Of a DNA stretch of 64,000 bases, positions 27,301 through 35,252 are shown piece after piece. The stretch comes from Candidatus Poribacteria bacterium (GTDB taxonomy: Bacteria; Poribacteria; WGA-4E; WGA-3G), in assembly GCA_028820845.1 (NCBI GenBank), contig JAPPII010000119.1, forward strand, positions 1,228 through 65,227, written 5' to 3'. Position numbers and translations under genes: made by a program. A model generated the notes under the pieces. That model searched no databases, was not told the DNA's origin, and saw only the letters and a list, made by a program, of their open reading frames with translations. How positions within the stretch are numbered: the stretch's first letter is position 1; every line of letters starts with the position of its first letter.

Positions 27301-28072
27301 AAACCACGCCTACCGATGTGTCGGCATCGGCTGGAAACGTCACCTTATCCACCGCCCAGAAATACCAATCGGCAATCTCTTTGAAGAAACGTCTGTTGAG
27401 CTCGGAGGTGTCCAAGGTCTGCTGCCACGCCTGATGGAGTTCAAGGAAGTTCGTAAACCCGTGCTGCTGATAGAGGGCACTTAGTGACAACTCCGCTAAG
27501 ATGTCAAGGTGTGCGCGGTGGGGATTCACAAGGTCAATATCCTTGATGAGTGTCACTTTTTCAAGCACATCAAGGTCCCTATCACGCTGACTCGGTCTGC
27601 GGTTGATAATGGAAAAGGTTAGGGTGCGTCCGTGTTGAAAAATCAGGAGTGCTGGTATGGCGTAGAGCTTGTTGATTTCGCGGGTGATGTTGGCGAGTGC
27701 GGTGCGAGAGTAGGTATCTCCTTTAAGTTTGATAGCGAGAAAGAGATAGGACTGATAGATACTCTCATCAACGCCTGCGTCCTCATGGAAGGTGATCGTC
27801 TCTTGGGTCTGCTGTCTGATTTCGTCAGCGGTGAGTTGGAAGAGGAAATCGGCGGTCTGCCAGTCGTTTAGGTGCGCTTTCTCAGGGTTTATGAGGTTGT
27901 CAGGATCGAAGTCTTCGCGAAATGCCTCGGTTGTGTTTGCGTCTCGGTTGAGGGTCCGTTGGCTCTCGTAGCCTAATACCTTGAGGAGATGAGTTGCGTT
28001 TTTGGCGAGTTCACCGTCCATGAAGTTGTTGAGGGCACTTTGAATTTCGGTTCTGATATGTGTTTCAGGCAT
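24350..28072 (-). CDS. Type IIG/IIL-like restriction-modification enzyme (Eco57I-family N6-adenine DNA methyltransferase with N-terminal putative nuclease region and C-terminal TRD)
   Basis: Motif I ILDPACGSGAF, motif IV GNPPYVRQE, TRD-type RRGFTTGANDFFYLD. Size 1240 aa. ATG 28072 (MPETH) with SD-like AAAGGAAAAG. Confidence 0.8.
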   Translation of the reverse strand: MPETHIRTEIQSALNNFMDGELAKNATHLLKVLGYESQRTLNRDANTTEAFREDFDPDNLINPEKAHLNDWQTADFLFQLTADEIRQQTQETITFHEDAGVDESIYQSYLFLAIKLKGDTYSRTALANITREINKLYAIPALLIFQHGRTLTFSIINRRPSQRDRDLDVLEKVTLIKDIDLVNPHRAHLDILAELSLSALYQQHGFTNFLELHQAWQQTLDTSELNRRFFKEIADWYFWAVDKVTFPADADTSVGVVSHLTVHNATCVIRLITRLIFVWFLKGKELVPNALFEEDTISELLANVDPQESTYYKAILQNLFFATLNQEMNTSEKPNTRKFRGEGRQHYNITSLYRYKRYFRDPDAALHLFETIPFLNGGLFECLDKPDPDDAKTILRIDGFSDREDNPLSVPNELFFSEPQSVNLNAVYDTKNSRYTVRGLIHILNRYKFTIAENTPIEQEVALDPELLGQVFENLLAAYNPETGTTARKQTGSFYTPREVVNYMVDESLIAYFKNTVRSRETIHCPSETKLRHLLAYNDEPHQFTTTEVEHLISAIDTLKILDPACGSGAFPMGILHKLVFLLSKLDPRNAQWRQRQIDRVQGAITASEKIDDSTFRESAISELEREIDSINEAFERNELDYGRKLYLIENCIYGVDIQPIATQIAKLRFFISLIVEQKIDDTRENRGVRPLPNLETKFVAANTLLDVEKPEQMTLRNPEIDSKEKALEEVRRRHFTARTPRTKDRYRKQDAELRAEISTLLQQDGFPSETTEKISAWDPYNQNASANFFDPEWMFGITDGFDVVIGNPPYVRQEKIKSLKPTLKKRYTCYTGAADLYVYFYERGLQLLSPKGIHTFICSNSWLDVNYGAPLQKYLLDNTKSAVICHSEAEREFESADINTIVSVLHNGIPNPDSQIRFLTFKTFIGDPDIENRRERTRPYTELAQAGTRENKYTGDKWGGKYLRAPDIYWTLLEKGKDKLVRLGDIAEVRRGFTTGANDFFYLDAERIREWGIEDEFLKPVIKSPRECKSIRVDPSQLQFKLFMCHTDRAVLAGTAALDYIEWGESQGFHQKPSCRSRVRWWDLGKREIPSLAFNYLISSTARTLYARNGCYTSDNFQEVHTDSDLILPLCASLNSSLFQLMVNMAGRSNFGGGLLKIQTYEVSELLCLDPKIFAFEDAAIFTSSSWEMLDPSDDRRVLDTIIFDALGLTQGERDGVYEAVVNLVESRLRKARSLKGKG

Positions 28073-28103
28073 CGTTTCTTTTCCTTTAGGGTTATATCTG
28101 TTG

Positions 28104-28132
28104 AGTTTACACGATTTTTTAAGGAAAAGCAA
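28104..28132 (-). promoter_or_regulatory. Putative promoter of the R-M gene
   Basis: Minus strand reads TTGCTT-17 nt-TAAACT. Confidence 0.45.
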
Positions 28133-28148
28133 GTGTTAATTGTCTGCA

Positions 28149-28331
28149 GGGCCATTCAGTTTTCCAATAATTTACATCCGGATGCCCGGATTTAGTCTGG
28201 GAATAGACTAAATCCATTCCTTATATTACATTCTTGTTGGGGAAAAGTGTGCTGTCCCGAATAAATTCGGGCTTCCGGAAGCGTGAAGGCTTTACATAGG
28301 TAAACTTAACTCTTAAAACTAAATAGCCCTG
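28149..28331. repeat. ~150-bp intergenic repeat element, copy A (with 46-bp insertion)
   Basis: Near-identical to 48918-49058 in two blocks (GGGNCATTCAGT...TTTACATCCGGATGCCC and TTGTTGGGGAAAAGTG...AAATAGCCCTG). Copy A additionally carries a perfect 11-bp hairpin, GGATTTAGTCT/AGACTAAATCC, at 28188-28215. Confidence 0.85.
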
Positions 28332-28340
28332 TGTTAATTC

Positions 28341-28452
28341 AGGACTTACGCAAAATTAAGTTGAGACATGTATCTTCGGACGATAAAGACACGGACCACC
28401 ATAGGATCGGTGCGGTTAGAAACCGCACCTACCGGTAGAGTGCGTAAGTCCT
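28341..28452. repeat. 112-bp MITE-like element with perfect 12-bp terminal inverted repeats
   Basis: AGGACTTACGCA at 28341-28352 and TGCGTAAGTCCT at 28441-28452, flanked by TTAATT on both sides. Contains the hairpin GGTGCGGTT AGA AACCGCACC TAC at 28409-28433. Confidence 0.65.
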
Positions 28453-28467
28453 ATTAATTGAAAGATT

Positions 28468-28496
28468 TTGCACTTTGAAGCCTCATGTGTTATAAT
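28468..28496 (+). promoter_or_regulatory. Putative promoter of the LolA-like/ABC operon
   Basis: TTGCAC-17 nt-TATAAT. Confidence 0.5.
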
Positions 28497-28567
28497 AAAA
28501 AATGTAGATAAAATTGGCAGGTTCCCCATATTGCACAACCTAAAAAGCAAAAAGGATACACAAGCAA

Positions 28568-29359
28568 ATGGCGAAATCTCAAAATAAGACACTGATAGTA
28601 CGAAACTTGACAATATGTTCTTTGCTCCTCACGGCTCTCCTCCTTTGCCCGTTCGCATTAGCCCAAGAAACAATATCTGACATCGAATCCGTCATCAAAC
28701 ATATCGATCAACTCTATCGGAGTGAAACCAGTCACGCCGAGATGGAGATGCACATCGTCACGCCGCATTGGGAACGTACGCTGGCGATGACAATATGGAC
28801 ACAGGGGATGAGCAAGACCTTTATCCGCATTACCGCCCCAAAGAAAGAACAAGGGGTCGCGACACTCCGCATTGGGAATGAGATGTGGAACTACCTTCCG
28901 AAGACGAACAAGGTGATGAAGATTCCACCGTCTATGATGATGGGGTCGTGGATGGGTTCTGATTTCACGAATGACGACTTGGTTCGGGAGTCGTCCATGC
29001 TCAATGATTATACCTACCAGTTTGTTACACCTGAAGATGCATTGCCAGATCATCTCTATGTCCAACTTGTCCCGAAAGAGGATTCTCCGATCGTTTGGGG
29101 AAAGATTGTTGCATCTGTGCGATCCGACGATTATATACCGGTGTGGCAGCACTTTTATGACGAAAAAGGGAATTTGATGCGGGTTATGAACTTCAAAGAG
29201 ATTAAGACGTTTGGTGATAAAATCGCACCGTCTGTGATGGAGATGATTCCTCAAAACAAAGAGGGACATAAAACGGTTGTCCGGTGGTTGAATGCCACAT
29301 TTGATTCAGACATTGACGATAAAATCTTCACACGCCGAAATCTTCAGAGAAGAAGATAG
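28568..29359 (+). CDS. Outer membrane lipoprotein-sorting protein (LolA-like)
   Basis: Signal peptide. RSETSHAEMEMHIV, FIRITAPKKEQGVATLRIGNEMWNYLPKTNKVMKIPPSMMMGSWMGSDFTNDDL is the hallmark of the LolA_like family associated with ABC permeases. Confidence 0.85.
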   Translation: MAKSQNKTLIVRNLTICSLLLTALLLCPFALAQETISDIESVIKHIDQLYRSETSHAEMEMHIVTPHWERTLAMTIWTQGMSKTFIRITAPKKEQGVATLRIGNEMWNYLPKTNKVMKIPPSMMMGSWMGSDFTNDDLVRESSMLNDYTYQFVTPEDALPDHLYVQLVPKEDSPIVWGKIVASVRSDDYIPVWQHFYDEKGNLMRVMNFKEIKTFGDKIAPSVMEMIPQNKEGHKTVVRWLNATFDSDIDDKIFTRRNLQRRR

Positions 29360-29360
29360 T

Positions 29361-30575
29361 ATGATACTCAAAATTGCGTTTCGTAACATCTTCCGTCAGA
29401 AGCGACGGACAATCCTTACCGCACTCGCAATGGTTGTCGGTTTCACACTCTTGTCGCTAACCATCGGTCTGTCCGACGGTGCGTATGGGGACATCATCTC
29501 CATGTTCACGCGAAATCGCATCGGACACATTCAGGTGCACCGTGATGGATACCTTGATAAGCCATCGCTTTATGAGACGATTGATGGGTATACTGCTGTC
29601 GGAGAGGTGATACAGGATGTTGCAGGCGTTGAAGCGTGGACACCACGGGTATATGCAGCGGGACTCGGCTCGGTTGGTGAAAAGAGTACAGGTGTACAAA
29701 TCATCGGCGTTGATGTGACACGAGAAGTTCAAGCGACGCGATTTGATCAAAAAGTAATTGAAGGCACGGTATTAGCGGAAACCGCTTCGCACGAAGCCGT
29801 TATTGGGAAAAACTTGGCAAAGACGCTTTCTGCAAAGATTGGTAGTGAGATTGTGATCTTCTCGCAGGGTGCAGACGGTTCGCTTGCGAACGATGTGTAT
29901 AAGATTGTCGGTATTGCAGAGAGTGGTGACGACGCAACAGATCGAACAACATGTTATCTGCACATTGAAGATGCTCAGGAATTGTTTGTGCTTGAGGGGC
30001 GCGCCCATGAAATCGTTGTGATTGTCTCAAATATCAATCAGGTCGGTAAAATTAAGACTGCAATCGAAGCGAACCTTAACGATTCAACGCTTGATGTTGC
30101 CCCGTGGCAAGTAGTTGCTAAATCCTTTTATCGCGCCATGAAATCCGATCAACAAGGGGATGCCATTTCACGTTGGGTGATTATGCTGATTGTGGCTATC
30201 GGTGTCCTGAATACAGTGCTGATGTCAGTACTGGAGCGGACGCGCGAGTATGGGGTGCTAAAGGCGGTTGGGACAAAACCGATGCAAATTTTCTGGCTCG
30301 TCATCTGCGAAGTCGTCATCATAACACTCGGTAGCATCTGCGTTGGTGCGCTCCTTGGGGTCCTTGTTAATTATCTGCTGTCTATATACGGCATCACATA
30401 TCCCGAAGAAATCACCTTTGGGGGCATGAAAATCAAGACGTTGTATGCTGTAGTGAACGTCCGATGCCTGATTATTCCGGCGATCACGGTTATGGCATCA
30501 GCAACGGTGGTCGGTCTGTTCCCTGCGATAAAAGCAGCCCGGATTCTGCCAGCAAGAGCGATGCGGACACATTAG
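29361..30575 (+). CDS. ABC transporter permease, FtsX/MacB-LolCE type
   Basis: N-terminal KIAFRNIFRQKRRT, large periplasmic loop, C-terminal FtsX 3-TM domain (RTREYGVLKAVGTKP). The start lies 1 nt after the upstream stop. Confidence 0.85.
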   Translation: MILKIAFRNIFRQKRRTILTALAMVVGFTLLSLTIGLSDGAYGDIISMFTRNRIGHIQVHRDGYLDKPSLYETIDGYTAVGEVIQDVAGVEAWTPRVYAAGLGSVGEKSTGVQIIGVDVTREVQATRFDQKVIEGTVLAETASHEAVIGKNLAKTLSAKIGSEIVIFSQGADGSLANDVYKIVGIAESGDDATDRTTCYLHIEDAQELFVLEGRAHEIVVIVSNINQVGKIKTAIEANLNDSTLDVAPWQVVAKSFYRAMKSDQQGDAISRWVIMLIVAIGVLNTVLMSVLERTREYGVLKAVGTKPMQIFWLVICEVVIITLGSICVGALLGVLVNYLLSIYGITYPEEITFGGMKIKTLYAVVNVRCLIIPAITVMASATVVGLFPAIKAARILPARAMRTH

Positions 30576-30603
30576 ATTAGCGGTCAGCGGTCAGCAGTCA
30601 GCA
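30576..30603. repeat. Heptamer tandem repeat GTCAGCR
   Basis: ATTAGCG GTCAGCG GTCAGCA GTCAGCA, immediately after the stop codon. Confidence 0.8.
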
Positions 30604-30733
30604 AAGAAGCATTAAGTATATCACAACCTTTTTTAGAAGAGCGCGAAGCTTGGAACGAAGTGGAAAGCGGATCTACGGAAAAGCACTTTCAACCTTCAAC
30701 CTACCTAACCGAACCGCAAGGAAAATTAGAAAA

Positions 30734-31963
30734 ATGTGGTTGATTTTAGTAAAACTCGCATGGCGCAATATCTTTCGGAATAAACGGCAGACCATTATCG
30801 CTGCGACAGCGATCGGTATCGGTTTGACTGCTCTCATCTTTATGGATGCACTCATGATAGGGATGCAAGAGATCTTGATTCGGACGGCTACCGCTTCTTT
30901 CCTCGGTGATGCGCAGATTCATCGGGAAAGTTTCCGAGACGAACAAGAGGTTTCATTGACAATCCAAGCCCTCGATGAGGTGACAGCGAGTCTTTCTGAA
31001 GAAACCATCGTTCAACATTGGACGCAAAGAGTGCTCGTTTTCGGGATGATCACGTCTCCAGCGAATGTCAGTGCGATTAATCTCGTCGGCGTTGATCCCA
31101 CTACAGAAAGGCACCTGTCGCTGATTGACGACGCGATAACGGAGGGGGTCTATTTTGAAGGGGATAACAGCCGCGATGTCGTCATTGGTGCAAAACTCGC
31201 CGAAATCTTAGAGGTTGGACTTGGCGATCGAGTGGTTGTGACGGTGGCACAAGCTAAAACCGGAGAACTTTCCCAAGAGATGTTTCGGATTTCCGGTATT
31301 TATAACTTTGCTGACGAGGCGATGAACAGCGGTATGGCATTTGTCCGGATTCAAAAAGCACAAGAAATGCTTGCGATTGGTAATGATGTCCACGAAATCG
31401 CTATTAAATTCTCTTCCATCGCTTACGCACAAGACTCGACACTACCATTTTGGGACACTTACTCCCAGCATGGCAACGAAGCATTAAGCTGGACAGAACT
31501 GATGTCACAATTAACTGTTGTGTTAGACATGACGACATACAGCAAATATATCATAGGCGTTATATTATTTGCGATAGTTGTCTTCGGGATTATCAACACA
31601 CTTTTCATGTCGTTGTATGAACGGATGTTTGAGTTTGGTGTGCTACGCGCCGTTGGCACCCGTCCTTTTGGGATGGCGCGCGTCATCTTATTTGAAGCGG
31701 GTGCTTTAGCGATTGTGAGCATTGGCGTAGGAATGATACTTGGATTCCTCGTGACAGCACTGTTGGCATACACAGGTATAGATTACACCGGCATTGAAAT
31801 GATGGGTGTGACGATGCAGGAGTTCATCCGTCCAGTCATGACGGTTGAACAGTTCATCATCTATCCGATATGGGTTTTCGTTTTCACCCTCATTGCAGGG
31901 TTGTATCCGGCTCGGCATGTAGCTAAAATGGCTCCCGTAGACGCGATGCGGCGCATCTTTTAA
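30734..31963 (+). CDS. ABC transporter permease, FtsX/MacB-LolCE type (second paralogue)
   Basis: KLAWRNIFRNKRQT N-terminus and ERMFEFGVLRAVGTRP FtsX domain. ATG 30734 preferred. Confidence 0.85.
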   Translation: MWLILVKLAWRNIFRNKRQTIIAATAIGIGLTALIFMDALMIGMQEILIRTATASFLGDAQIHRESFRDEQEVSLTIQALDEVTASLSEETIVQHWTQRVLVFGMITSPANVSAINLVGVDPTTERHLSLIDDAITEGVYFEGDNSRDVVIGAKLAEILEVGLGDRVVVTVAQAKTGELSQEMFRISGIYNFADEAMNSGMAFVRIQKAQEMLAIGNDVHEIAIKFSSIAYAQDSTLPFWDTYSQHGNEALSWTELMSQLTVVLDMTTYSKYIIGVILFAIVVFGIINTLFMSLYERMFEFGVLRAVGTRPFGMARVILFEAGALAIVSIGVGMILGFLVTALLAYTGIDYTGIEMMGVTMQEFIRPVMTVEQFIIYPIWVFVFTLIAGLYPARHVAKMAPVDAMRRIF

Positions 31964-32097
31964 TTTTTTAACTATTAAATCTGGGCACCGTTCCACTTCG
32001 TTTCACGGTGATCTCCGATGAAAGCAGATACTCTGGGCACCTGGGACGGATCAGTAGAAGCGGTTTCACAATTGATTGGAATCCTAAGGTACTCACA

Positions 32098-32799
32098 ATG
32101 GCACAAACTGAGAACAAAGATGTTATCGTCACAGAAGGCGTGACGAAGGTTTACGCAGCGGACGATATTCCTGTCAACGCGCTTAACGGGATTGATTTAA
32201 CCATCGAATCGGGAGAATTTACGGCATTGGTGGGTCCCTCGGGTTCTGGTAAAACAACCTTTCTCAACATCATTTCTGGATTGGATAGCCCTACAGAAGG
32301 GAAAGTGTGGCTTGCTGGCAAGGTGTTATCAGAAATGAGCGGCAATGAACTCTCCGACTTTCGACGCGATAACATCGGATTTATTTTTCAGGCTTACAAT
32401 TTAATTCCTGTATTGACAGTCGAGGAAAATGTTGAATATATCATGCTTTTGGCGGGTGTGCCGAAAGCAGAACGGCATGAACGGGTCATAGCAATGCTTG
32501 AAACCGTTGGGTTAAAGGGGGTTGCCAACCGGACACCGACGCAGCTTTCAGGTGGACAGCAACAGCGTGTAGCGATCGCCCGCGCTATGGTCTCTGAACC
32601 GACGATTATTCTCGCCGACGAACCGACGGCGAACCTCGATTCTAAAACGGGTGCCGACCTGCTTGAGATGATGCGCCACCTTAACTCAGAAACCGGCATG
32701 ACATTCATCTTCTCAACCCACGATCCGATGGTGATGGCGCGTGCAAGGCGTTTGATAACCTTACGCGATGGACGCATAGACACTGACGAAATGAGATAA
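32098..32799 (+). CDS. ABC transporter ATP-binding protein (LolD/MacB-type)
   Basis: Walker A GPSGSGKTT, signature LSGGQQQRVAIARA, Walker B ILADEPT. ATG 32098 (MAQTENK). Confidence 0.9.
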   Translation: MAQTENKDVIVTEGVTKVYAADDIPVNALNGIDLTIESGEFTALVGPSGSGKTTFLNIISGLDSPTEGKVWLAGKVLSEMSGNELSDFRRDNIGFIFQAYNLIPVLTVEENVEYIMLLAGVPKAERHERVIAMLETVGLKGVANRTPTQLSGGQQQRVAIARAMVSEPTIILADEPTANLDSKTGADLLEMMRHLNSETGMTFIFSTHDPMVMARARRLITLRDGRIDTDEMR

Positions 32800-32807
32800 G
32801 AGATAAT

Positions 32808-32840
32808 CAACGGTATGAAGCCCGTGTGGGCTTCCCCGGG
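32808..32840. repeat. Conserved-flank hairpin, copy 2
   Basis: CAACGGTATGAAGCCC GTGT GGGCTTCCCCGGG, 9 nt after the ABC ATPase stop. Confidence 0.8.
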
Positions 32841-32908
32841 CATTCCCTGGGTTTTTAGTTTTAATAGTTTGCAGTTATCGGTTATCAGTTAAAAGAGGCT
32901 TTCAGTTG

Positions 32909-34129
32909 ATGCAAAAGATTCTGACCGCCATCATCTGTTTGATGGTAACGTTTCTTGCAGGAACCGCTGCGGCTGAATTCCGAGCTGGTGGTTACTACAA
33001 GAACTTTTCTACGGCATTTAACTCCCCGCTTCCAGAGGCATCGATGATGGGGGTCGTGGTTAACCGACTGCGTTTCAACCTCTCTTACGCACCAACAGAT
33101 TCACTCTCATTTGCCTTCGCTTACGATTTCACCCCGCGCGTTCAAGACCCACTCCTTTTCTCTCAATCTCCGTTTGCCGTCGGTATTGCTTCATCCCGTT
33201 ACCGCGTCGCAGATTTCGAGTCCCAGCTCTATCCGAGTGAGGATGAACTGGTTGGCAGCGTTGGTATCTATCATAATCTCGATCGGGCTTCGGTGCAGTT
33301 CAGCACAGATTTTGCGGATTTTTCCATCGGTCGGGATGCGATTGCCTGGGGTAGTGCTCGAATTGTGAATCCAACCGACATCATCGCTCCCTATACCTAC
33401 GACCAGCTTGATACCGAAGACCGCGTTGGCGTAGACACCATTCGGATGCGGATTCCTGTAGGGGTCCTGGGCGAGATAGATACAGGATATATTTTCGGGT
33501 CTAATTTCGACTTTGATGAGAGTGCCATCTTTCTCCGAACCCAATTGAACGCCGTAGAGACAGACTTCTCAATTCTACTTTTGGAATTTCAGAAAGATCT
33601 GCTCGTCGGTTTAGATATAGCCCGTGGTATCGGGGGTGCTGGCTTTTGGCTGGAAACGGCTTATGTGTTTGCCGAACCCTTTGATGACGAACCGAACACA
33701 TCGGACAATTATCTGCGTGCCTCTATCGGGCTTGACTATAGTTTCGGTGGGGAGACCTATACGTTTATCGAATACCATTTCAACGGTGCAGGTGCGACAG
33801 AACCCGAAAATTTTCTTACCAATTTGGAGAAACCGGCGTACACGCGCGGCGGTGTTTATCTACTTGGCACCCACTATCTGGCTCCCGGATTCACCCGTCA
33901 ACTGACCCCCCTGATTAGTCTCAGTGGACAAATACTGCTTAACCTATCCGATCCGTCAACCTGGATTGCACCGCAGATCGCATACAACGTTGCAGAGGAT
34001 ATTCATCTCTCTGTCGGTGGTTTCATCAGCATAGGCAAACGCCCTAAAAACGGTGATTCTACCGAATTCCAATCCGAGTTTGGCAGTTATCCGAATCTCG
34101 TATTTTCTTCATTCCGCCTCTATTTCTGA
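32909..34129 (+). CDS. Putative outer-membrane beta-barrel protein
   Basis: Signal peptide MQKILTAIICLMVTFLAGTAAA, alternating beta-strand-like pattern, aromatic C-terminus FSSFRLYF. Last gene of the LolA-like/ABC cluster. Confidence 0.55.
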   Translation: MQKILTAIICLMVTFLAGTAAAEFRAGGYYKNFSTAFNSPLPEASMMGVVVNRLRFNLSYAPTDSLSFAFAYDFTPRVQDPLLFSQSPFAVGIASSRYRVADFESQLYPSEDELVGSVGIYHNLDRASVQFSTDFADFSIGRDAIAWGSARIVNPTDIIAPYTYDQLDTEDRVGVDTIRMRIPVGVLGEIDTGYIFGSNFDFDESAIFLRTQLNAVETDFSILLLEFQKDLLVGLDIARGIGGAGFWLETAYVFAEPFDDEPNTSDNYLRASIGLDYSFGGETYTFIEYHFNGAGATEPENFLTNLEKPAYTRGGVYLLGTHYLAPGFTRQLTPLISLSGQILLNLSDPSTWIAPQIAYNVAEDIHLSVGGFISIGKRPKNGDSTEFQSEFGSYPNLVFSSFRLYF

Positions 34130-34132
34130 GTC

Positions 34133-35191
34133 TCACTTAAAGACTATAATGAGTTTCCGATAGACGGCTCGCTGCGAACCCGTTCTTGCCCGAATTACAA
34201 GTAGATAACGTCCATTTCGGACAAGCGTACCATTATCCGTCAATCCATCCCACTGCACAGCGTTCGGTCCGATGTAACGTGGCACCTCTTCAAGCAACCG
34301 TCGAACCTGTCTACCGCGAAGGTCAAAAATATCTATTGTCACAAATACCTGCGTTGCATCGGGGGCGTTGAGTCGATAGGCTATCGTCAATCGATGTCTA
34401 TCGGGTGCGAAAAATACGCGCGGCGAGAGTTCAAGGTTCCGAATCTCCAGCCGTTCACTACGTTTCAAATCTTCAGGCACAGCAGCCGTCAAGGCATAAA
34501 TTCCGAAGTGGTTGATAGAAGTTGTCACGCCCTCTTGTGCCTTATCCTCACGACCTTGCAACGGCACCCATTTTTTTCCATACGCTTCCCAAAAATAGAG
34601 TTGTGGTTTCGCAGCCATAAACGCGGCACTTTCAAATAGAAATGCCAACTGTGCAGGGCGTTTCAAGACAAGTCCTTCGGGTGAAATCTGGACGACATGG
34701 ACGAATCGCTGCAGTGTTGGTGGTAATGCGGGTGGTGCCACAATTTCTATCCCTATTTTTTCTTCGGCAGCAAGCGCGCCCTTCGGCAGGTCTATTGCTA
34801 CATCCGCCGGACTTTGGAGTTTTCCACCACTATCCCCAATCGTTTTTGTTGCAGGGACAATCCTTAACCTTACCCGTTGTTCCACACCTTCCACACGACA
34901 GATAAGAATACCATCTCCTACAAAAACCGCCGTAAGCATTGGCGGCATATCTGTTGTAATTTTGCCTAAATTTCCCGATAGAAACCACTGTGCTGGCAGA
35001 ATTTTTTCATCAGAGGAGATTGCTTGAAGTCGGTACTGTTTGCCAGATATGAGCGTATAGGGTCGCATGATTTCTGCTGCCCCATCGAATATCTGAATTT
35101 CAAAGGAGCTCGCCGCCTTAATACTCGAAGAAAACAACACTATCAGTGCGATGAATATAAGTCCTGTTATTCGGTGAAAAAGTGTTTGCAT
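34133..35191 (-). CDS. Secreted hypothetical protein with C-terminal FlgD-Ig-like beta-sandwich
   Basis: Signal peptide. The C-terminal ~90 aa (TIDIFDLRGRQVRRLL...WDGLTDNGTLVRNGRYLLVIRA) resembles FlgD-Ig/T9SS-CTD-like domains. Confidence 0.55.
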   Translation of the reverse strand: MQTLFHRITGLIFIALIVLFSSSIKAASSFEIQIFDGAAEIMRPYTLISGKQYRLQAISSDEKILPAQWFLSGNLGKITTDMPPMLTAVFVGDGILICRVEGVEQRVRLRIVPATKTIGDSGGKLQSPADVAIDLPKGALAAEEKIGIEIVAPPALPPTLQRFVHVVQISPEGLVLKRPAQLAFLFESAAFMAAKPQLYFWEAYGKKWVPLQGREDKAQEGVTTSINHFGIYALTAAVPEDLKRSERLEIRNLELSPRVFFAPDRHRLTIAYRLNAPDATQVFVTIDIFDLRGRQVRRLLEEVPRYIGPNAVQWDGLTDNGTLVRNGRYLLVIRARTGSQRAVYRKLIIVFK

Positions 35192-35215
35192 GTGCTTATG
35201 TTACTACACATTCCC

Positions 35216-35244
35216 TTGAATCGCAAGCCTTCTTGTGGTAAACT
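35216..35244 (+). promoter_or_regulatory. Putative promoter of glgB (extended -10), implying a leaderless or near-leaderless mRNA
   Basis: TTGAAT-17 nt-(TGG)TAAACT. The -10 ends 8 nt before ATG 35253 and no SD is present. Confidence 0.5.
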
Positions 35245-35252
35245 GATACACT

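Noticed and set aside
24350-28072. BREX pglX
   Set aside because: The methyltransferase architecture is similar, but no brxA/B/C, pglZ or brxL genes are adjacent. It is called a stand-alone type IIG-like enzyme instead.
28409-28433. GC-rich hairpins as tRNA or tRNA fragments
   Set aside because: They are single 9-10-bp stem-loops of ~25 nt. There is no cloverleaf, no T-loop GTTCRANYC and no acceptor stem.
32394-32843. 149-aa minus-strand ORF overlapping the ABC ATPase gene
   Set aside because: The opposite frame contains Walker A, the ABC signature and Walker B, so this ORF is a shadow.
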